Program-made: the position numbers and the translations under genes
In this document: in pieces, positions 58,375 to 64,000 of the stretch
Position numbering within the stretch: position 1 is the first letter of the stretch
Layout of the letters: every line of letters starts with the position of its first letter
Assembly: GCA_963803435.1 (NCBI GenBank)
Contig: CAWDML010000003.1
Coordinates: 384,001 to 448,000, forward strand
Reading direction: 5' to 3'
Source: an uncultured delta proteobacterium
GTDB taxonomy: Bacteria; Myxococcota; Kuafuiibacteriia; Kuafuiibacteriales; Kuafuiibacteriaceae
Length of the DNA: 64,000 nt
Notes under the pieces: generated by a model
Seen by the model: only the letters and a program-made list of their open reading frames with translations
The model's database searches: none
Told to the model about the DNA's origin: nothing

Positions 58375-59457
58375 TCAGGCCGGCCCGAGCCTCTCGAGAC
58401 ACGCCACGATCTTCTCCGCCGCGCGCCCGTCGCCGTACGGGCCGACCCCGTCCGGGCCGGCGGCGAACGGCTGCGCGAGGGCCTCCTCGGCGGCGGCCAG
58501 GATCCGCGCGGTCGACGCGCCCGCCAAGCGGTTGGCGCCGGCCTCAATCGTCTCGATCCACTCGGTCTCGTCCCGCATCGTGACGCAGGGCACGCCCAGG
58601 AAGAACGCCTCCTTCTGCAGCCCGCCCGAGTCGGTCAGGACCAGCCCGGCCTTCGACATCGTCAGGAGCAGCTCGAGGTAGCCGACGGGATCGCGGAGCT
58701 CGACGGCTTCGCCGGCGTGTTTCGCCAGCTCGGGCGACGCCGCCAGGATCTTGCGCGTGCGCGGGTGGAGCGGGAGCAGCACCGGTCGGCCGAGGCGCGA
58801 GAGGGCGTCGAGGATCGCGGTGAGGCGGGCCGGGTCGTCCGTGTTCTCGGCGCGGTGGAGCGTGGCCAGCGCGAAGGGGCGGGCGGTGCGGGCCGGATCG
58901 AGCGCCACCTGGGTCTTCGCGCGGGCCAGGTTGGCCAGCACGGAGTCGTACATGACGTCGCCGACCCGGTGCACGCCCTCGGTGACGCCTTCGCGCAACA
59001 GCAGCTCCACCGCGTGCTGCGTCGGGCACAACAGGAGCGTCGAGACGTGATCGGTGACGACCCGGTTGATCTCCTCGGGCATCCGCCGGTTGAAGCTGCG
59101 GAGCCCCGCCTCCACGTGCGCCACCGGGATGGAGAGCTTGGCGCCCACCAGGGCGCCGGCCAGGGTGGAGTTGGTGTCGCCGTAGACCACGATCGCGTCC
59201 GGGCGCTGCTCGACGACCACGCCCTCGAGCGCCTCCATCATCCGTCCGGTCATCTGCCCGTGCGGGCCGCCCTGGACGCCGAGGTTTCGATCGGGCTCGG
59301 GGATCTCGAGCTCTTCGAAGAAGAGGCGGCTCATGCCGGGGTCGTGGTGCTGTCCGGTGTGGACCAGGAACTCCTCGTGCGCGCGCCGCAGCACCCGAGA
59401 CACCGCGGCGTGCTTGATGAACTGGGGCCGGGCGCCGACGACGCAGAGGACGCGCAT
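58375..59457 (-). CDS. wecB: Non-hydrolysing UDP-GlcNAc 2-epimerase (WecB/WbpI-like)
   Basis: GARPQFIK, HTGQH, YGDTNST, HVEAGLRS, PEEINR, TDSGGLQKEA, YGDG. Confidence 0.94.
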   Translation of the reverse strand: MRVLCVVGARPQFIKHAAVSRVLRRAHEEFLVHTGQHHDPGMSRLFFEELEIPEPDRNLGVQGGPHGQMTGRMMEALEGVVVEQRPDAIVVYGDTNSTLAGALVGAKLSIPVAHVEAGLRSFNRRMPEEINRVVTDHVSTLLLCPTQHAVELLLREGVTEGVHRVGDVMYDSVLANLARAKTQVALDPARTARPFALATLHRAENTDDPARLTAILDALSRLGRPVLLPLHPRTRKILAASPELAKHAGEAVELRDPVGYLELLLTMSKAGLVLTDSGGLQKEAFFLGVPCVTMRDETEWIETIEAGANRLAGASTARILAAAEEALAQPFAAGPDGVGPYGDGRAAEKIVACLERLGPA

Positions 59458-59459
59458 GA

Positions 59460-61019
59460 TCAGGCCGGGCGCAGGAGGCCGCCCTCGAGCGCGTACTTCT
59501 TGCCGCACTTGGGACATGCGGGCGCTGCGCCGTCCGGGAGCCGCTGGCCGCACTCGCACGCCCATCCGATCTGGCGGGCCGGCACGCCCAGCATCACCGC
59601 GTAGTCGGGGACGTTCTTGGTGACGACGGCGCCCGCGCCGATGAACGCGTGGCGCCCCACGGTGTGGTTGCACACGATGGTGCAGTTGGCGCCGAGCGTG
59701 GCGCCCTCCTTGATGAGCGTCTTCGAGTAGGCGGCGGCGCTGGCCTGCGGGTACTTGGCCCGCGGCTCCAGCACGTTCGTGAAGACCATCGAGGGGCCGC
59801 AGAACACGTAGTCCTCGAGCGTCACGCCCTCGTAGACCGAGACGTTGTTCTGCACCTTCACGTGGTTGCCGATGACCGTGTTGGGACCGACGTTCACGTT
59901 CTGTCCGAACGAGCAGCCCTCGCCGATGCGCGCGTTCTTCTGGACGTGCGCGAAGTGCCAGACCTTGGTGCCCCGGCCGATGCGGCAGCCTTCGTCGACG
60001 ATCGCGGTCGGGTGGACGTAGTAGTCGAGCTTGGGCTCGACCTTCTCGGCGGAGCGACCGAGGAGGCTGTCGGTGGCGCGCTCGAGGATGTCGAGCACCT
60101 CGATCGCGTTCTGGGAGCCGGCGATCTCGATCGGCCGGCCGTCCAGGTGCTCGACGAAGTACTCCAGCTCGGCGGTGAGCGGCTGCACCTTGCCGTACGG
60201 GATCGACTCGGTCGGTCCCTCGCGCTTCTTCGGCTCGCCCTCGATCCAGTCGATGCCCTTCTCGTAGAAGAGGATCTCCTTCTGCTCCGAGGAGTCCTCG
60301 AACGAGAGCATGCCCTTGCTGCCGATCGCCACCAGCCGGTGCTCCTTGAACGGGTGGAGCCAGCTGACGAAGATGTGCCCGACGACGTTGTCCGGGTAGG
60401 TCAGCACCGTCATGGTCGAGTCGTGCGTGCCGGGGCGGAGGAACATGCCGCCGCGCGAGAGGACCTCGGTGGGCTGGGTGCCGATGATGAGCTGGAAGAT
60501 CGAGATGTCGTGGGGCGCGAAGCTCCAGAGGATGTTCTCCTCGGTGCGCACGGTGCCCAGGTTGAGGCGGTTCGAGTACAGGTACTCGAGCTTGCCGATC
60601 TTTCCCGAGCGGATCAGCTCGGCGATCCGCTGGACCGCCGGGTGGAAGAGCATCACGTGGCCCACCATCAGGTTGGCGCGGTGCTCGCGGGCGAGGGCGG
60701 CGAGGCGGCGGGCGTCGGCGGCGGTGAGCGCCATCGGCTTCTCCACCAGCACCGGGCAGCCGCGCTCGAGGATCGCCCGGGCCAGGTCGAAGTGGGTCTC
60801 CGCGGGCGTGGCCACGGTGAAGCCGTGGTAGCCGTCCTCGAGCGCCTCCTCGAGCGAGGCGTAGGCGCGGAGCTTCGGGTACTGGGCGGTGAGCGCCGCG
60901 CGGGTGGCGTCGTCGCGCTCGACCAGCGCCGCCAGCGCTCCCAGGTCGTGGAGCGTGCGGACGTGGTTCTTGCCCCAGCGGCCGCCGCCGACCACGCAGA
61001 CGCGCTTCTTCTCAGGCAT
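59460..61019 (-). CDS. Fusion of Gfo/Idh/MocA dehydrogenase (WbpB-like) and hexapeptide N-acetyltransferase (WbpD-like)
   Basis: GGGRWGKNH, VEKPM, WSFAPHD, then IG.GTKVWHF, KVQNNVSVY, FCGPSMVFTNV, GVPARQIGW.CECG in one frame. Confidence 0.9.
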   Translation of the reverse strand: MPEKKRVCVVGGGRWGKNHVRTLHDLGALAALVERDDATRAALTAQYPKLRAYASLEEALEDGYHGFTVATPAETHFDLARAILERGCPVLVEKPMALTAADARRLAALAREHRANLMVGHVMLFHPAVQRIAELIRSGKIGKLEYLYSNRLNLGTVRTEENILWSFAPHDISIFQLIIGTQPTEVLSRGGMFLRPGTHDSTMTVLTYPDNVVGHIFVSWLHPFKEHRLVAIGSKGMLSFEDSSEQKEILFYEKGIDWIEGEPKKREGPTESIPYGKVQPLTAELEYFVEHLDGRPIEIAGSQNAIEVLDILERATDSLLGRSAEKVEPKLDYYVHPTAIVDEGCRIGRGTKVWHFAHVQKNARIGEGCSFGQNVNVGPNTVIGNHVKVQNNVSVYEGVTLEDYVFCGPSMVFTNVLEPRAKYPQASAAAYSKTLIKEGATLGANCTIVCNHTVGRHAFIGAGAVVTKNVPDYAVMLGVPARQIGWACECGQRLPDGAAPACPKCGKKYALEGGLLRPA

Positions 61020-62139
61020 AGAAGGCCTCGACCTTCTCGATCACGTGGTCCTGCATCTCCGGCGTGAGCTCGGGGTAGATCGGCAGCGCCAGCGTGTGCC
61101 GTGAGGCGTGCTCGCTCTTCGGGAAGGTGCCGCGCGGCAGGCCGAGATACTCGAAGCAGCGCTGCTCGTGGAACGCGACCGGGTAGTAGACCTCGCACCC
61201 GATGCCCTGCTCGTGGAGCGCCTTCAGGAGCTCGTCGCGCCGGTCCGCCACCGAGATCACGTACTGGTTGTAGACGTGGGCGTCGCGGCCCCAGACGGCC
61301 GCCGGCTTGGTGATCGCGGGCGAGGAGAAGCGCGCGTCGTAGTGGGCCGCGTTCTTCCGTCGTCCCGCGTGCCAGGCCTCCAGGTAGTCGAGCTTCACGG
61401 TGAGCACGGCCGCCTGGATGGGATCGAGGCGGAAGTTCCCGCCGATCATCGCGTTGTGGTACTTCGGCTTGGAGCCCTGGAGCCTGAGCACGCGCATCTT
61501 CTCCGCGAGCGCGTCGTCGTCCGTCACCACCATCCCACCGTCGCCGACGCCGCCCAGGTTCTTGCTGGGGAAGAACGAGTAGCAGCCGATGGTGCCCATG
61601 GTCCCGGCCTTCTTGCCGAGCGGGGGATAGCTCGCGCCGATCGCCTGGGCCGCGTCCTCGATCACCGGGAGGTTCCGCTTCGCGGCGATCTCCAGGATCG
61701 GGGACATGTCGGCGCACTGGCCGTACAGATGGACCGGGATGATCGCCTTGACCTGGTCGGCGCGCGGATCGGTCTCGAAGAAGCGCGCCAGCAGCTTCGG
61801 ATCGAGGTTGTAGCCGGCCGGCTCGATGTCGGCGAACGCGGGGACGCCGCCGAGCCGCGCCACGCAGCCGGCGGAGGCGAAGAAGGAGTAGGGCGAGGTG
61901 ACCACCACGTCGCCGGGCCCCAGGTCGAGCGCCATCAGCGCGATCAGCAGCGCATCCGTCCCGCTCGACACGCCGATCGCGTGCTTGGCGCCGACGTACG
62001 CGGCGATCCGGTGTTCGAGCTCCTCGACCTTGGGACCCATGATGTAGCGGGTCGAATCGATCACCTCGAGCACGGCTTGATGCACGCGATCGCGGATCGG
62101 AGCGAGCTGAGCCTTCAGGTCGAGCAAGGGAACCTGCAC
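61012..62139 (-). CDS. DegT/DnrJ/EryC1/StrS sugar aminotransferase (WbpE-like)
   Basis: SGTDAL, PVHLYGQ, IEDAAQA, SFFPSKNLG..GDGG, NFRLD, LPIYP. Confidence 0.93.
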   Translation of the reverse strand: MQVPLLDLKAQLAPIRDRVHQAVLEVIDSTRYIMGPKVEELEHRIAAYVGAKHAIGVSSGTDALLIALMALDLGPGDVVVTSPYSFFASAGCVARLGGVPAFADIEPAGYNLDPKLLARFFETDPRADQVKAIIPVHLYGQCADMSPILEIAAKRNLPVIEDAAQAIGASYPPLGKKAGTMGTIGCYSFFPSKNLGGVGDGGMVVTDDDALAEKMRVLRLQGSKPKYHNAMIGGNFRLDPIQAAVLTVKLDYLEAWHAGRRKNAAHYDARFSSPAITKPAAVWGRDAHVYNQYVISVADRRDELLKALHEQGIGCEVYYPVAFHEQRCFEYLGLPRGTFPKSEHASRHTLALPIYPELTPEMQDHVIEKVEAFYA

Positions 62140-62184
62140 GGCCTGCGGCTTATCACGGCCGTTTACGGAGCGGCCACCATTTCC

Positions 62185-62742
62185 TCATTTGACCACGAAC
62201 GTATAGTCGCCCTCGGGCGTGCCGTCCTTCGAGGCGACCACGGCGACCGCGACGGCGGCGCCGGCGACTGCGGCCGCGCCCACGAGGACGCCCCAGAACC
62301 AGCCGCGCGCGTACAGCGGCGGCTCCTCGGGCGGAGGAACCTCGACGAGCACCTCGCGGGTGATCGTCGCGGTCGTGACGGGGCGCGCGGCCTCGCGGGC
62401 GATCCGCTCCGCCTCGAGCTGCCTCAGCTCGGCCATCAGACGCTCGACGGCGGGGCGGTCGCGACCCCTCGCCTTCGAGTGCTCGGTGTCCCGCAGGTAG
62501 CCCTCGAGGAAGAAGAGCGCGCGCGCGTAGTTCTGGAGGTTGCGATGACACTGCGCGATGTTGAAGAGGAGGTCGGGCAGCGGAAGGATCTCGTACGCAT
62601 GCGTATACTCGTCGAGCGCCTCCTCGAAGCGGCCCAGCTTGAAGTCGGCCTGGCCCTCGTCGAAGTACGCCTTCGCCCGGGCACGCGCGTCCCCGTGGGG
62701 CGCGGCGAGGAGTGCGAGCAGTGCGACGACGGCGGTGGCCAC
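62185..62742 (-). CDS. Exported TPR protein with C-terminal TM (PLYARGWFW)
   Basis: TPRs (FEEALDEYTHAY..P.LLFNIAQC), hydrophobic N- and C-termini; GTG 62742 is the likely but uncertain start. Confidence 0.82.
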   Translation of the reverse strand: MATAVVALLALLAAPHGDARARAKAYFDEGQADFKLGRFEEALDEYTHAYEILPLPDLLFNIAQCHRNLQNYARALFFLEGYLRDTEHSKARGRDRPAVERLMAELRQLEAERIAREAARPVTTATITREVLVEVPPPEEPPLYARGWFWGVLVGAAAVAGAAVAVAVVASKDGTPEGDYTFVVK

Positions 62743-62854
62743 GGCGCCCTCGACGATGCGCCGGCCCGCCGTTCGGCGCCAGCCTGAAGTGCCGCACGTG
62801 TGGCGAGGTGCGACCTCTGTCCCCAGGCGTGACCGTGGGCATAGACTCGGGTCC

Positions 62855-64000
62855 ATGGCGCGGTGGTGGGTGCCGGCCTTGCTGCCGCTCCTCGGGTGCG
62901 GCGAGGCCACGGGGATCCTGCTGACCGTCGACTACGATCCGACGGTCGGCCGCGCCGTGGTCACGGGCACCGCCGGTGGAGAAGAGGTGATTCCACCGTC
63001 GGAGGCCCGCGACCTCCTGGAGAGCGAGACGCAGGTCGACGTCGTCTTCGTGATCGAACGCGAAGCGCTGATCGGACAGACCGTGTCGCTGTCCGTCGAC
63101 GGCTTCGCCCGCGCCGACAACGCGCTCCTGTTCACCGATCGCGTGGACGTCCCGATCACCGGCGGCCGCTTCGAGCGCGCCGTCGCCACGCTGCGCCCCA
63201 CCGGGGCCGCGCGCTGCGGCGACGGCAAGCGTGAGGGGGCCGAGGCCTGCGACGACGGCGATCTCGACGGCGGTGATGGCTGCTCGCCGGACTGCGTGCT
63301 CGAGGTCGGCTGGGACTGTACGGCCGCGTCGCCGAGCGTCTGCACCCAGGTCGTCTGCGGCGACGGCGTGGTGGCGCGCGCGGGCGAGACCTGCGACGAC
63401 GGCAACACCGAGGGCACCGACGGCTGTGACAGCGCCTGTCAGATCGAGCAGGGGTTCGTCTGCAGCGGCGCCCCCAGCGTCTGCAGCCGCGTGGTCTGCG
63501 GGGACGAACGGCCGGAGGGCGGCGAGGAGTGCGACGACGGCAACACCGTCGACGGCGACGGCTGTTCGAGCACCTGCACGCGGGAGCCCGGCTTCAACTG
63601 CGGCGACGGGCTGATCCGCGGCGTCGAGAGCTGCGACGACAACAACAACGAGAACGGTGACGGCTGCCGCTCCGACTGTGTACAGGTGGCCGGCTGGAGC
63701 TGCCGCGGCGAGCCCTCCGTCTGCGCGCCCGTCTGCGGCGACGGCTCGATCATCGTCGGCCGCGAGGGCTGCGATGACGGCAACAACCGCGGGGGCGACG
63801 GCTGCAGCAGCACTTGCCAGAGGGAGGACGGCTGGGACTGCGCGGGCGCGCCGTCCGTGTGCAGCACCACCTGCGGCGACGGACTGGTCCGCGGCGAGGA
63901 GACCTGCGACGACACGAACACCGCGCCGGGCGACGGTTGCTCCGCCGACTGCACGGTCGAGGCCCCCTTCCAGTGCACGGGCGAGCCGAGCATCTGCTGG
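62855..64000 (+). CDS. Lipoprotein with myxobacterial Cys-rich (DUF4215) repeats; runs off the window
   Basis: Not in the ORF track (no stop in the window). ATG 62855 reads MARWWVPALLPLLGC..., then repeated CGDG...E.CDDGN...GDGCS..C..E.G..C. Confidence 0.88.
   Translation, partial: MARWWVPALLPLLGCGEATGILLTVDYDPTVGRAVVTGTAGGEEVIPPSEARDLLESETQVDVVFVIEREALIGQTVSLSVDGFARADNALLFTDRVDVPITGGRFERAVATLRPTGAARCGDGKREGAEACDDGDLDGGDGCSPDCVLEVGWDCTAASPSVCTQVVCGDGVVARAGETCDDGNTEGTDGCDSACQIEQGFVCSGAPSVCSRVVCGDERPEGGEECDDGNTVDGDGCSSTCTREPGFNCGDGLIRGVESCDDNNNENGDGCRSDCVQVAGWSCRGEPSVCAPVCGDGSIIVGREGCDDGNNRGGDGCSSTCQREDGWDCAGAPSVCSTTCGDGLVRGEETCDDTNTAPGDGCSADCTVEAPFQCTGEPSICW

Overview
High-GC window with the hallmarks of a Myxococcota (myxobacteria-like) chromosome: many Ser/Thr kinases, Cys-rich surface lipoproteins and a MYXO-CTERM-like tail. 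Left to right: a Wsp/ACF-type chemosensory operon feeding two hybrid histidine kinases; CsgG-like, matrixin, Usp and lipoprotein genes; a probably PPi-dependent phosphofructokinase; a ~1.95 kb decayed nested mobile patch (group II intron cut at its YADD motif, IS701 transposase remnant coupled to a KTSC gene); recQ; a kinase-rich signalling region with large surface proteins; and a split polysaccharide locus (Wzm/Wzt, AsnB-like, three GT4, WbpE / WbpB-WbpD fusion / 2-epimerase). The best candidates for undescribed biology are: a twice-occurring TPR-TM plus lipoprotein module with a shared unnamed N-terminal domain; a coupled pair of paralogous Zn-ribbon membrane kinases; a sigma54-driven mini Fis-HTH protein; and a DUF1521 GDPH protein behind a sigma28-like promoter. 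Eight host-gene reading-frame breaks (seven at or beside GATC) look like methylation-linked sequencing errors rather than true pseudogenes. All calls are from reading the sequence by eye; no searches were run.
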